A stretch of DNA of 64,000 bases from contig JAXHVH010000008.1 in assembly GCA_034189085.1 (NCBI GenBank), forward strand, positions 104-64,103. The letters are read 5' to 3'. Origin of the DNA: Bacillota bacterium. Lineage in GTDB: Bacteria > Bacillota > Dethiobacteria > DTU022. Both the position numbers and the translations under genes were made by a program. The stretch's first letter is position 1. Every line of letters starts with the position of its first letter. Of this stretch, positions 21,794 through 31,409 are shown one piece after another. The notes under the pieces are model-generated. The model saw only the letters and a list, made by a program, of their open reading frames with translations. It was not told the origin of the DNA and made no database searches.

Positions 21794-23743
21794 TTGGCAG
21801 GTAAAGAAACATATTACATCACAACCCCCATTTATTATCCCAGTAACAAGCTGCATGTTGGCAATTCGTATACAACAGTGGCTGCCGATGCAATGGCCCG
21901 CTATAAAAGGCTGACCGGGTACGATGTCTGGTTTTTGACAGGGACAGATGAACACGGCCAGAAAATTCAGCGGCAGGCAGAAGCAGCCGGCAAGACTCCC
22001 CGCGCTTTTGTCGATGAAATTGTAGCCTGGATTAAAGATCTGTGGCAGGAACTGGATATCAATTATGATGATTTTATTCGGACAACCGAGGAACGTCATA
22101 AAGAAAAAGTAGCCCGCATCTTCACCCGTTTTTATGAACAGGGAGATATTTACAAGGGTAAGTATGAAGGATGGTACTGCACCCCCTGTGAAGCCTACTG
22201 GACCGAGCGCCAGCTGATTGATGGTAAGTGCCCTGACTGCGGGCGAGAAGCGGAGCTGATTGCCGAAGAAGCCTATTTTTTCCGGATGTCACGCTATGCC
22301 GATCGGCTTCTTAACTATATCGAGAGCCACCCAAACTTCATTCAGCCCCCTTCGCGGAAAAACGAGATGATCAATAACTTCCTAAAGCCGGGACTTGAAG
22401 ATCTCTGTGTGTCGCGGACATCTTTTAACTGGGGTATACCAGTGCCTTTTGACCCGGATCACATAATCTATGTTTGGCTCGACGCCCTCAGCAACTATAT
22501 TACCGCTCTCGGCTATGGTGAAGAGGGCAGTATCTTTGATAAGTACTGGCCGGCCGATGTTCAGCTGATCGGTAAGGATATTCTACGCTTTCATACCATT
22601 TACTGGCCTATATTTTTAATGGCTCTTGATTTGCCTCTGCCGAAAACTGTTTTCGGGCACGGCTGGCTGATGCTTCAGGAAGGGAAAATGTCAAAATCAA
22701 AAGGCAATGCAGTGGATCCCATGATGCTTGTCAATCGATACAACTCTGATGCCCTGCGTTATTTTCTCCTGCGGGAGATTCCCTTTGGACAGGACGGGGT
22801 GTTCAGCCTGGAATCTTTTTTGACCCGTATTAACACAGATCTGGCCAATGACCTGGGGAACCTGGTCAGCAGGACCCTGACCATGGCGGAACGCTATTTC
22901 GGCGGCGTACTGCCACAGCCGGGACAGGATCCAGAAAAAAGTGACATGGAACTGCAGAACATTGCTCTGGGGACACCCGGGATCATTGATTCTCTGATGA
23001 ATGAGCTGAGGATCAGCGACTCCCTGGCTGAATTGTGGAAACTGGTGCGCCGTAGCAACAAGTACATTGACGAGAATACACCCTGGGAACTGGCCAGGGA
23101 TCCGGCCAGAAAAGAGCGCCTGGGGACGGTTATCTATAATTTGATCGAAAGTATTCGTTTTATAGCCGTTATGCTCCGTCCTTATATGCCGCGTACACCG
23201 GAGCGGATCTGGGAACAGATTGGTTTGCGAGACAATAAATCGCTGCAGAACTGGGAAAGCCTGCAAAACTGGGGTGGCATTGAGCCGAATACTGTTGTTG
23301 CCCGGGGTGAAGATCTCTTTCCGCGTTTGAACCTGCAGGCTGAAATTCGTGAAGTGCAGGGGATTACCCCTGTTTCTGAGCATCCTGCTTCAAACACTGC
23401 TGAAGAAAATGAAGGGTTAATTAATTTGGAGCAGTTTCAGCTGGTGGATCTGAGAGTGGCCGACATTTTGTCTGCCGAAAAAATTGCCAAGTCCGATAAG
23501 CTGCTGAAAGTAGAACTGGATACAGGCAACGATGAACGGCGCCAGGTGGTAGCAGGAATAGCCGAGCATTACCGGCCTGAGGAACTGATTGGCAAGCGGG
23601 TGCTTTTTGTAGCCAATCTCAAACCGGTTAAACTGCGTGGTGTCCTTTCACAGGGGATGTTGCTTGCGGCTACCGGTGAAGACGGTAAACTGGCATTAAC
23701 TACTGTTGATAGGGATATTTCCCCGGGAAGCAGGATAAGCTAA
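21794..23743 (+). CDS. metG: Methionine--tRNA ligase (with C-terminal tRNA-binding domain)
   Basis: HVGNSYT (HIGH-type) and KMSKS motifs, four-Cys zinc knuckle, C-terminal EMAPII-like domain. TTG start after GAGGAGG. Confidence 0.9.
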   Translation: MAGKETYYITTPIYYPSNKLHVGNSYTTVAADAMARYKRLTGYDVWFLTGTDEHGQKIQRQAEAAGKTPRAFVDEIVAWIKDLWQELDINYDDFIRTTEERHKEKVARIFTRFYEQGDIYKGKYEGWYCTPCEAYWTERQLIDGKCPDCGREAELIAEEAYFFRMSRYADRLLNYIESHPNFIQPPSRKNEMINNFLKPGLEDLCVSRTSFNWGIPVPFDPDHIIYVWLDALSNYITALGYGEEGSIFDKYWPADVQLIGKDILRFHTIYWPIFLMALDLPLPKTVFGHGWLMLQEGKMSKSKGNAVDPMMLVNRYNSDALRYFLLREIPFGQDGVFSLESFLTRINTDLANDLGNLVSRTLTMAERYFGGVLPQPGQDPEKSDMELQNIALGTPGIIDSLMNELRISDSLAELWKLVRRSNKYIDENTPWELARDPARKERLGTVIYNLIESIRFIAVMLRPYMPRTPERIWEQIGLRDNKSLQNWESLQNWGGIEPNTVVARGEDLFPRLNLQAEIREVQGITPVSEHPASNTAEENEGLINLEQFQLVDLRVADILSAEKIAKSDKLLKVELDTGNDERRQVVAGIAEHYRPEELIGKRVLFVANLKPVKLRGVLSQGMLLAATGEDGKLALTTVDRDISPGSRIS

Positions 23744-23744
23744 T

Positions 23745-24533
23745 TTGACAGGATTAATAGACACTCACGCCCACCTCGATTTTCCTCATTTTGCAGATGA
23801 TTTTGCCTCTGTTTTAAAAAGAGCGCAGGAGGCCGGTGTGGAAGCCATAGTGGATGTGGGAACCGATGAACAAAGTTCCAGGCATGCAGTCGAGCTCAGC
23901 AGGCAGTACCCCATGATCAGTGCTTCTGTCGGTATTCACCCCCACAGTGCAGCGTCTGCATCTCAGGAATGGCTCAATACGCTTGAAGAGCTGGCAAAAT
24001 TGGATCTGGTGCTGGCCGTAGGAGAAACCGGCCTCGATTATTATCGCGATCTATCACCGCGTGACAAACAGGAAGAACTATTCAGAGCTCAGATACACCT
24101 GGCCTGCCGGGTTGATAAACCGATCATTATACACAGCCGGGAGGCTCATACTCAGACCCTGCAGATACTGCGGGAAGAAAAACTTCCTTCGAAAATAGGG
24201 GTTATGCACTGTTTTTCTGGAGAACAAAAAATGCTCGAAGCTTTTCTGGATCTGGGGTTTTACATCTCCCTGGCCGGGCCTCTAACTTATCCACGCTCTC
24301 ATACTTTGCGGTCACTGTTACGGTACATCCCCGGTGATCGCCTGCTGCTGGAAACAGATTCGCCCTATCTTCCACCACAGGCCTTCAGGGGCAAACGCAA
24401 CGAGCCATCATTCATCAAGTTGACTTACGAACGGGCAGCCATGGAACTAAACATGGATCTGAATCAGTTTGCAAAGCAGGTTTATCTAAATGCGGTGCGT
24501 TTCTATTCGGACGCTCTGGTAGATGGCCCGTAA
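23745..24533 (+). CDS. tatD: TatD-family metal-dependent DNase/hydrolase
   Basis: LIDTHAHLDF…, conserved His/Glu/Asp TatD motifs. Directly follows metG as in Bacillus (yabD). Confidence 0.85.
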   Translation: MTGLIDTHAHLDFPHFADDFASVLKRAQEAGVEAIVDVGTDEQSSRHAVELSRQYPMISASVGIHPHSAASASQEWLNTLEELAKLDLVLAVGETGLDYYRDLSPRDKQEELFRAQIHLACRVDKPIIIHSREAHTQTLQILREEKLPSKIGVMHCFSGEQKMLEAFLDLGFYISLAGPLTYPRSHTLRSLLRYIPGDRLLLETDSPYLPPQAFRGKRNEPSFIKLTYERAAMELNMDLNQFAKQVYLNAVRFYSDALVDGP

Positions 24534-24572
24534 TATAGAGCCGTCCTTAAGCGACCGGTTGTGAGCAGGAAT

Positions 24573-24609
24573 AAAGAGGGCACACCCTAAATTTGGGTGG
24601 GCCCTCTTT
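24573..24609. terminator. Bidirectional terminator hairpin between tatD (+) and the SCP2 gene (-)
   Basis: 15-bp stem AAAGAGGGCACACCC / GGGTGGGCCCTCTTT (one mismatch) with loop TAAATTT, flanked by A/T runs. Confidence 0.5.
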
Positions 24610-24749
24610 ATGGACATAAGTTGTCAATCGCAAATAATTGTTTTATCTTGATCCGAGAAGTTGTGTCTACTACAGGAAGGACGGCCCCTGCTGGTTTTTG
24701 ACAAAGCTATTTTACAAAGAAGGCTGTTATCTTATATCTGTAATTTTGG

Positions 24750-25076
24750 TTACCCCAGTAGACTCTGCAATTTCATTGCCAGTGACATATCGCCTTTCAC
24801 CTTTAATTTGCCGGCCATAAAAGCCGATGTGGCATTGAGCTTCCCATCAAGCATGCTGTTAAAATCTTCGGCCGTCATCGAAATTGTGATGTTAGGATTG
24901 TCATGGGCTGATTCCACAGTACTCATTTTCCCATCTTCTACGACAACGTGAAAAACTCCGCCGCCTTCTCCGGAAAGATCGAACTGATAAACGGCATTAA
25001 TTCCTTTCAATTTGCCTGGATCGGCCGATTGGGCCACACCTTCAAATTTTTTCAGGGTATCCTTCAAATCTGCCAT
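24750..25076 (-). CDS. SCP-2 sterol-transfer-domain protein
   Basis: MADLKDTLKKFEG…VYQFDLSGEGGG…AFMAGKLKVKGDMSLAMKL is typical of the SCP2 family. ATG 25076 follows a perfect RBS AAAGGAGG. The track's longer TTG-initiated ORF is unlikely. Confidence 0.65.
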   Translation of the reverse strand: MADLKDTLKKFEGVAQSADPGKLKGINAVYQFDLSGEGGGVFHVVVEDGKMSTVESAHDNPNITISMTAEDFNSMLDGKLNATSAFMAGKLKVKGDMSLAMKLQSLLG

Positions 25077-25377
25077 TTTAAGAGCCTCCTTTAATAGTTT
25101 CTTTCTATAAAAAACTTCTTGAGAGGTCGGGAAATACTGCGGCCCTCCTTTCAAAGAGAAAATTGCTTAAACAGGTGAATTATTACTATTGTGAAATATA
25201 TTATAATGCATAACCCTCTGTTTGTCATTATTTTTTTGTGATAGATCAGTCCTGGCGAATTGTTGTGAACAAGCAAAAAGCATTAACCAGGCGATAATAG
25301 TTGACACTGCAATTGACTGGTGGGCTGGCAGAAAGGTAAAATGAATTATCTCTATTTTAAGCACAGGGAGCATTAAC

Positions 25378-26256
25378 ATGACTGAAAGTCTGGATGTTAC
25401 TTCTCCGCGGGTTCTCAATGCTCTTCTGCAAGAATATGGTTTACAACCGCGCAGGCGATTTGGCCAAAACTTCTTGATTGACGGTAATATAGCGCAAAAA
25501 ATTGTCGGGGCAGCAGAAATAAAAGAGAACGAAGCTGTAGTCGAAGTTGGGCCCGGGGCAGGAGCGCTTACCCTCAGCCTGGCCCGTAGCGGAGTGCCTG
25601 TGCTGGTCCTGGAAATTGATCGAGGGTTTCTCCGGTTAATAAATGACCTGGTTCAGCCCTGGCCTCATGTCCAGGTAATCGAGGGTGATGCACTCTGCGT
25701 TGATTGGCGAAAATTGATTGATGATTTTGCCCCGGGTCGGCCGATTAAACTCGTTTCTAATCTTCCCTATAATATTTCCGGTCCTTTTATGTACTCGCTT
25801 TTTGAATGCGGTTTTCCTTTTGCCAGAGCGGTGCTTATGTTTCAGAAAGAAGTTGCCGGCCGGTTGGTGGCCGGACCTGGAGATAGCGATTATGGGAGCC
25901 TTTCGGTTCTCTGTGCTTACTACACCGAAGCACGGATCCTCTTCGATGTTTCAAAAAATGTTTTTTGGCCCCGTCCTAAAATAGGCTCCGCCGTCCTCAG
26001 GCTTAACCCCCGTGAGCACATCCTGAAACCTGAAAAAGAGCCGATTTTATGGAAACTGGTCAAGACGGCTTTTCAGCAGCGCCGTAAAACTATACTGAAC
26101 GGTATATCTTCTCTTTTCCCCGGAAAGCGGGATTTTCTAATAGAGACATTGCTGGCAGCCGGCATAGAACCTGGCCTTCGTCCCGAAGAGCTGGGTGTTG
26201 GAGAATTTGCATTGCTGACTCGAATAATTTATAATAACTCTAGCAAATTAAGCTGA
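25378..26256 (+). CDS. rsmA: 16S rRNA (adenine1518/1519-N6)-dimethyltransferase
   Basis: RRFGQNFLID, SAM-binding VEVGPGAGALT, NLPYNIS motif. Confidence 0.9.
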   Translation: MTESLDVTSPRVLNALLQEYGLQPRRRFGQNFLIDGNIAQKIVGAAEIKENEAVVEVGPGAGALTLSLARSGVPVLVLEIDRGFLRLINDLVQPWPHVQVIEGDALCVDWRKLIDDFAPGRPIKLVSNLPYNISGPFMYSLFECGFPFARAVLMFQKEVAGRLVAGPGDSDYGSLSVLCAYYTEARILFDVSKNVFWPRPKIGSAVLRLNPREHILKPEKEPILWKLVKTAFQQRRKTILNGISSLFPGKRDFLIETLLAAGIEPGLRPEELGVGEFALLTRIIYNNSSKLS

Positions 26257-26271
26257 AAGGTCGCTGACCTG

Positions 26272-26748
26272 ATGTGGTTTACCAGCCCATCCAAAGGGCG
26301 GATGTCTTTTAAAAATGTTTTTGAAGAGCTAGCCCGATATACAAATGAATTTCCTGATGAATCATATAAACTGATTATCGGAACCGACTCACATTCGTTT
26401 TTAAACGATTGTGTCATATTTGTTACGGCTGTTGTCGTCCACCGTGTGGGGAAAGGTGGGCGTTTTTTTTATCACAAGCAGAAAACCCGCTACATGGAAA
26501 GCCTTCGCCAGCGCATATATTATGAAACTTTTCTCAGCCTGGATGTTGCCGCCATGGTAACAGAAAAATTGGCCGAGAACAGCGACCTGCAGCTTAACGT
26601 AGAAATTCACCTGGATGTTGGTGAAAAAGGTGAAACCAGGGATATTATTAAAGAAGTGGTGGGCATGGTTATCGGGAGTGGCTATCGAGCATGCATAAAG
26701 CCGGATTCTTACGGAGCAACAACGGTAGCCGATCGTTTTACCAAGTAA
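26272..26748 (+). CDS. RNase H-fold protein of the YkuK/DUF458 type (tentative)
   Basis: 158-aa ORF with an IIGTDSH acidic motif and a length that fits YkuK-like proteins. Family assignment is from memory and unverified. Confidence 0.5.
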   Translation: MWFTSPSKGRMSFKNVFEELARYTNEFPDESYKLIIGTDSHSFLNDCVIFVTAVVVHRVGKGGRFFYHKQKTRYMESLRQRIYYETFLSLDVAAMVTEKLAENSDLQLNVEIHLDVGEKGETRDIIKEVVGMVIGSGYRACIKPDSYGATTVADRFTK

Positions 26749-26789
26749 GGGGATCTCTGGCCAGTCAGGGTGATTTTCACAGGCATTCC

Positions 26790-27036
26790 GTAAATGATCT
26801 TTGAAAACCATAAAAAAACCTCAAGCGCCAGGGGTTATTGGCCCCCGGCTGAGCCTGAAAGCATGCCACCCGAGTCGTCCCGAAGCCCTCACATGAAGGT
26901 TCGTTTTAGCCGCAGGCACCCGGTGCCCGTGGCCAGGGTATTGCGCTCTTCTTCGCCTTTACCCATTTTTTGCCCTAAAATTGCCTTTTGGCAATATTTG
27001 GGGCTATATTAAAGGGACATTTACGGAATGCCTGCT
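26790..27036. repeat. 247-bp GC-rich element bounded by a perfect 17-bp terminal inverted repeat (MITE-like element or structured small RNA locus)
   Basis: CAGGCATTCCGTAAATG at 26790-26806 and its exact reverse complement CATTTACGGAATGCCTG at 27020-27036. The interior is GC-rich and full of local hairpins (GGCACCCGGTGCC; GCCGGGGG-CCAATAA-CCCCTGGC preceded by A7 on the + strand). It lies between the DUF458 gene and the veg promoter. Confidence 0.5.
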
Positions 27037-27052
27037 GATGCAATTCGGTTTC

Positions 27053-27082
27053 TTGACATATTGTCATATATTGTGTTATTAT
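27053..27082 (+). promoter_or_regulatory. veg promoter (sigma-A, extended -10)
   Basis: TTGACA, 18-nt spacer, TGtTATTAT. veg is known for a strong constitutive sigma-A promoter. Confidence 0.5.
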
Positions 27083-27113
27083 TATTTATAGAATAATTAT
27101 AAGGTGGTTTTAA

Positions 27114-27380
27114 ATGGTGGGCAAAGATGTGCTATTTGAAATCCGTAAAAAGATTGAATCACACCTCGGTGAAAAAATAAAGTTACGGGCCAACAGGGGC
27201 CGGCGTAAGACATTCGAAAAGGAAGGGGTTCTTGAGAGCACCTATCCTTCAATTTTCATCATTAGGGTTGATGAAAATAATTATTATCAGCGGCTTTCAT
27301 TTAGTTATGCCGATGTCCTGACAGAGACGGTCGAACTGAGTTTCAATGAGGGAAAACTTCGCCGCACCGTCGGCCTGTAA
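27114..27380 (+). CDS. veg: Veg protein (biofilm formation stimulator, DUF1021)
   Basis: …RANRGRRKTFEKEGVLESTYPSIFII…YQRLSFSYADVLTETVELSF matches B. subtilis Veg closely. RBS AAGGTGG. Confidence 0.85.
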   Translation: MVGKDVLFEIRKKIESHLGEKIKLRANRGRRKTFEKEGVLESTYPSIFIIRVDENNYYQRLSFSYADVLTETVELSFNEGKLRRTVGL

Positions 27381-27469
27381 GGTTATCATGGTACGAGGCA
27401 CGGAGAAAAAATCCTGTTCCAACCAGGAAGCTGGCGATTTAACAGGAAATAAGTTTTAAGTGAGGAATT

Positions 27470-27501
27470 AAAAACCGGGTCATTATGATTCCGGTTTTTT
27501 T
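27470..27501. terminator. Terminator after veg
   Basis: A5-CCGGG-tcattatgat-TCCGG-T7. The A-run before and T-run after suggest a bidirectional terminator. Confidence 0.5.
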
Positions 27502-27598
27502 ACTTTTCTTTATCCTGCCATTGTCTTAATCCCGGCAGGATTAGCCGGTCTTTTGTAGAATAGCGAATGCAAACTTCATTGATGTTCCGGAGGGAGGT

Positions 27599-28120
27599 GT
27601 GAATTTGAAAGCACTGCTAATTGTCGATATGCTTGTTGACTTCATTGATCCGGAGGGAGTGCTCTACATCGGATCGTCGGCGAAGGAACTCGTCCCATCA
27701 GTAAAGGCCAGGCTTGATCACTTTCGCTCAGCAGGACAGCCGATCGTTTTTATCTGTGATCATCATCTGGAAGATGACAGCGAATTTACAATGTTCCCCC
27801 CTCACGCACTCAGCGGCTCAAAGGGGACTGAGATAATTCCAGAGCTGGCCCCGCTTGACAGGGAGAGGGTTATTTATAAAAGGCGCTACAGTGCCTTTTT
27901 CGGGACCGATCTCGATCTGACCCTCCGGGAGAAAGAGATCCGCGATATCGAACTGGTTGGCTGTGTAACCAATATATGTATCCTGTACACTGCTGCCCAT
28001 GCCCGCATGCTCGGTTATAATGTTACTGTGCCAGTTGCTGCAGTGGCAGGTTTTGATCCTGATGGGCATAGTTTTGCCTTGCAGGAGATGGAAAAAACGC
28101 TGGGGGTTACCTTGGTTTAA
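27599..28120 (+). CDS. pncA: Isochorismatase-family cysteine hydrolase, probable nicotinamidase
   Basis: Isochorismatase-like fold signature (LLIVDMLVDF, CGCVTNICI catalytic Cys). Adjacent to an NAPRTase gene. Start is GTG 27599 or TTG 27605. Confidence 0.6.
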   Translation: MNLKALLIVDMLVDFIDPEGVLYIGSSAKELVPSVKARLDHFRSAGQPIVFICDHHLEDDSEFTMFPPHALSGSKGTEIIPELAPLDRERVIYKRRYSAFFGTDLDLTLREKEIRDIELVGCVTNICILYTAAHARMLGYNVTVPVAAVAGFDPDGHSFALQEMEKTLGVTLV

Positions 28121-28137
28121 AGATCTGGAGGCTGCTG

Positions 28138-29178
28138 ATGAAACCATTGGAATTTGTTACCCTGGAAGATATTGCGAAAATAAAAGTGCAGGGAGATAAA
28201 AGATTTTTTTCGGCCAAATTTGAAGAAATTGAACGGGGATTAACTTCAGACATTTACTTTGTCCGCACCAGGGATCTGCTTCAAGCAATGGGCCTCGCTG
28301 AAACGGAAGTGACCGCGGAGATTTTTACTTCACGCCCGGGAGTGCTGGCCGGAATTGACGAAACTCTCCACCTGTTGAAAGGGAGGGATTTGGAAATCTG
28401 GTCTCTTCCTGAAGGAACTGAAATGACTGAAAAAGAAGTGGTCATGCGTATTAAAGGCCGCTACGGAGATTTTGGAATTTATGAAACCCCTATGCTTGGT
28501 ATACTGTCCAGCTCAAGTGGGTGGGCAACGGGAGCGCGAGCTTGCAAAGAAGCTGCCGGTGAGTGCATGGTTATCTGTTACGGAGCCAGGCATGTTCATC
28601 CGGCCGTGTCATCAGTGATGGAAAGAGCGGCGGTAATCGGCGGGGTTGATGCCTGCAGCTGTATCCTCGGAGCCTTGCTGCTGGGGAAAAACCCTGTGGG
28701 AACTGTCCCTCATGCCGCTTTCTTAATTGTTGGCGATACGGTAGAACTGGCTAAAGCTTATGATCGTTTTGTCCCCGAGGGTTCTCCCCGTATAATCCTG
28801 GTTGATACTTTTAAAGATGAGCCGGAAGAAGCGTTGAGGGTAGCGGAGGCGCTTGGCAAAAAGCTGGAGGGGATAAGACTTGATACCCCAGGTGAAAGGG
28901 GGGGGGTAACTCCCGCCCTGGTCAAAGAGACACGAATTCGCCTCAATCAGGCCGGATATGGGCACGTCAAGATTGTTGTTTCCGGCGGACTGGATCCGGA
29001 ACGCATTGTTGCCCTGGCCGATGCTGGAGCTGACACATTCGGGGTAGGAAGTTATATTTCAGGATCCCCTGCTATCGACATGACCATGGATCTTAAAGAA
29101 GTTCAAGGCCGGGCACTGGCCAAGCGGGGAAGGATTCCGGGCATAACTGAAAATCAACGGCTGATTAAAATCACCTGA
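28138..29178 (+). CDS. pncB: Nicotinate phosphoribosyltransferase (archaeal/short type)
   Basis: Type II PRTase family with an N-terminal …TSDIYFVRT motif, as in Thermoplasma NAPRTase. About 346 aa. RBS GGAGG 8 nt before ATG. Confidence 0.65.
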   Translation: MKPLEFVTLEDIAKIKVQGDKRFFSAKFEEIERGLTSDIYFVRTRDLLQAMGLAETEVTAEIFTSRPGVLAGIDETLHLLKGRDLEIWSLPEGTEMTEKEVVMRIKGRYGDFGIYETPMLGILSSSSGWATGARACKEAAGECMVICYGARHVHPAVSSVMERAAVIGGVDACSCILGALLLGKNPVGTVPHAAFLIVGDTVELAKAYDRFVPEGSPRIILVDTFKDEPEEALRVAEALGKKLEGIRLDTPGERGGVTPALVKETRIRLNQAGYGHVKIVVSGGLDPERIVALADAGADTFGVGSYISGSPAIDMTMDLKEVQGRALAKRGRIPGITENQRLIKIT

Positions 29179-29179
29179 A

Positions 29180-30073
29180 ATGAAAAAAACATTATTGCTA
29201 AAGGGAGCGGCGAAGGTTAATATCGGACTGACCGTTTTGGGAAAGCGGCCTGATGGATATCATGCCCTGGAATCGGTAATGCAGCAGATTTCTCTTGCTG
29301 ATTCCCTTTTATTTGAACCGATTGAGGGAGAAGGTTGTTATTTAAACTGCACAGAGGCAGGATTATCCGGCCCCAACAATTTAGTCTACCGGGCTGCCGA
29401 GCTGCTGAGCAGCCGTTTTGATAACCGTAAAAAAGGAGTCAGGATAACTCTTTATAAGAATATTCCTGTTGAGGCAGGCCTCGCCGGCGGCAGCAGCGAT
29501 GCAGCAGCTGCCCTGCACGGTTTGAACTTATTCTGGGAGCTCGGTTTGACCCGTGGGGAACTTCTTTCCTGCGCCGCCATCCTCGGATCTGATGTGCCCT
29601 TTTGTCTTCAGGGTGGAACAGTTCTGGTGCGGGGCCGGGGTGAAGTACTTGAAAGGATGCCTTCTCTTCCTTTTCACTGGGTTGTTCTAGCCCTGCCCCG
29701 GCGGGCGGGAGTGTCAGCTGCTGCTGCATATCGGAATTTTGATCGAAGATACCTGGGAAAACCGGATCTGGGCCCCTTGATTGATGCAGTGCGCAGTAGC
29801 TCAAGAGAAGGCCTGCAGAAATGGATGGCTGGTGAATTCACCAATACCCTGGAAACTGCTCCTCTGCCCGGTTTGCAGCAATCATGGCTTTTGAAGAAAC
29901 AACTGCAGTCTTGTGGCTTAAATCCAGCCCTCTCTGGTAGCGGGCCGGCCTTATTTATGCTTTTTGACCATTATAATTCAGCCGGTTCAGCGGCCCGGGC
30001 TGTTGAAAAAGCTGGTGCCAGGTCGTACCTCTGCTGGACTGAGGCCGAAAACAGGGAGTGGTTAAATGTTTAA
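29180..30073 (+). CDS. ispE: 4-diphosphocytidyl-2-C-methyl-D-erythritol kinase
   Basis: GHMP kinase: KVNIGLTVLGKRPDGYH, PVEAGLAGGSSDAAA. Confidence 0.9.
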   Translation: MKKTLLLKGAAKVNIGLTVLGKRPDGYHALESVMQQISLADSLLFEPIEGEGCYLNCTEAGLSGPNNLVYRAAELLSSRFDNRKKGVRITLYKNIPVEAGLAGGSSDAAAALHGLNLFWELGLTRGELLSCAAILGSDVPFCLQGGTVLVRGRGEVLERMPSLPFHWVVLALPRRAGVSAAAAYRNFDRRYLGKPDLGPLIDAVRSSSREGLQKWMAGEFTNTLETAPLPGLQQSWLLKKQLQSCGLNPALSGSGPALFMLFDHYNSAGSAARAVEKAGARSYLCWTEAENREWLNV

Positions 30074-30824
30074 TGCTGTAGTGCTGGCCGGCAGCAGTGA
30101 GCCGGAGCTACTTGCTGAAATGCAGGGAGTGCCAAACAAAGCTTTTATTTTACTTAAAGAGAAACCGCTGTTGTCTTACGTCCTGCGAGCGCTGCATGGC
30201 GCTCCAGTCCTGAATAATATAACCGTCGTTGGACCGCCTGGTGACCTGGAACTTTTGCGCGGTGGCGAAGGCCTGGCCTTCGAAATAATTGACCAGCAGG
30301 AAAGTCTTTTGGCCAACCTGGCGGTGGCATTTGAAACCATGGATCCCGAAAAATTATGCCTGGTGGTGACAGCTGACATTCCCCTGCTTACGGCGGATAT
30401 TGTAGAGAAATTTATTTCTTTCTGTGCCCCTTACGAGGCAGATTTCTACTATCCCATCCTGAGCAGGGAAACCTGCGTTGAGAAATACCCGGAAAATATT
30501 CGCACCTATGTTCGTTTGAAAGAGGGGCAGGTAACCGGGGGGAATGCAGTGCTGATCAAACCGGGCTGGTATCTCCAGAATCAAGAACGTCTGGAAATGT
30601 TCATTTCCTATCGCAAGAAGCCGTTGCAGTTATTCCGTATTTTCCCTCTGACTATGATCATGAAATATCTCCTCAGGAGCCTGTCTGTTCACGATTTGGA
30701 GAAATACCTTTCTGACCTCCTGGGGTTTGAGGCAAAAGCAGTGCTCTGCGACTGCATTGAATTGGGTATTGATGTTGATAAAATTAGTGATCTTGAGCTG
30801 GTCAGAAAAATTATGCATGATTAA
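30066..30824 (+). CDS. MobA-like nucleotidyltransferase family protein
   Basis: N-terminal VVLAGSSEP… resembles the NTP_transferase Gly-rich loop. The ATG overlaps the ispE stop by 8 nt. Confidence 0.55.
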   Translation: MFNAVVLAGSSEPELLAEMQGVPNKAFILLKEKPLLSYVLRALHGAPVLNNITVVGPPGDLELLRGGEGLAFEIIDQQESLLANLAVAFETMDPEKLCLVVTADIPLLTADIVEKFISFCAPYEADFYYPILSRETCVEKYPENIRTYVRLKEGQVTGGNAVLIKPGWYLQNQERLEMFISYRKKPLQLFRIFPLTMIMKYLLRSLSVHDLEKYLSDLLGFEAKAVLCDCIELGIDVDKISDLELVRKIMHD

Positions 30825-31039
30825 ACCATCTGTTCTGGTGGTTCTGCTGGTGCTTATGGCCAAACTTTTTTACAGGCCATTCTGCAAGTAACTTGCCCCA
30901 ACTGGTAAAAGCCCGGTTTAATTGGGTGATTATTCATATTTGTGGTGGATCTCCTTTCAATAAGGCAGGGTTTCCCTGCAAATTGTCGAAGTAATATCAC
31001 AAATAATGAAATATATAATAATCCAATGATCCTGGGGGT

Positions 31040-31324
31040 GTGGTTTGGGTGAAAGTGACTGATGTACGTATCAGGAGAATGGTTCAGGAAGGTAAAATGA
31101 AGGCCATAGTATCAATTACTCTTAACGATCGGTTTGTCGTACATGATGTTCGGGTTATCGAGGGCAATAAGGGGTTGTTTGTTGCTATGCCCAGCAAACG
31201 AACTCCTAACGGTGAATTCCGTGATATAGCCCATCCTATTAATTCCGAAACGAGAGAGGAAATCCAGCGGTCTGTTCTGGCTGCCTACACCAGGGAACTG
31301 GAAAATGCAGTTTCAGAAATTTAA
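31040..31324 (+). CDS. spoVG: Septation protein SpoVG
   Basis: VTDVRIRR…[56 protein letters not shown] is near-identical to the SpoVG family. The true start may be GTG 31049. Confidence 0.85.
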   Translation: MVWVKVTDVRIRRMVQEGKMKAIVSITLNDRFVVHDVRVIEGNKGLFVAMPSKRTPNGEFRDIAHPINSETREEIQRSVLAAYTRELENAVSEI

Positions 31325-31409
31325 TTATGTAGCTTCTCCTTTGCTTCTTCCGAGTCGTCTGCAGTATCGTTATTCACACCAGGATCATAAACAACAGGAG
31401 GGACTGCCG

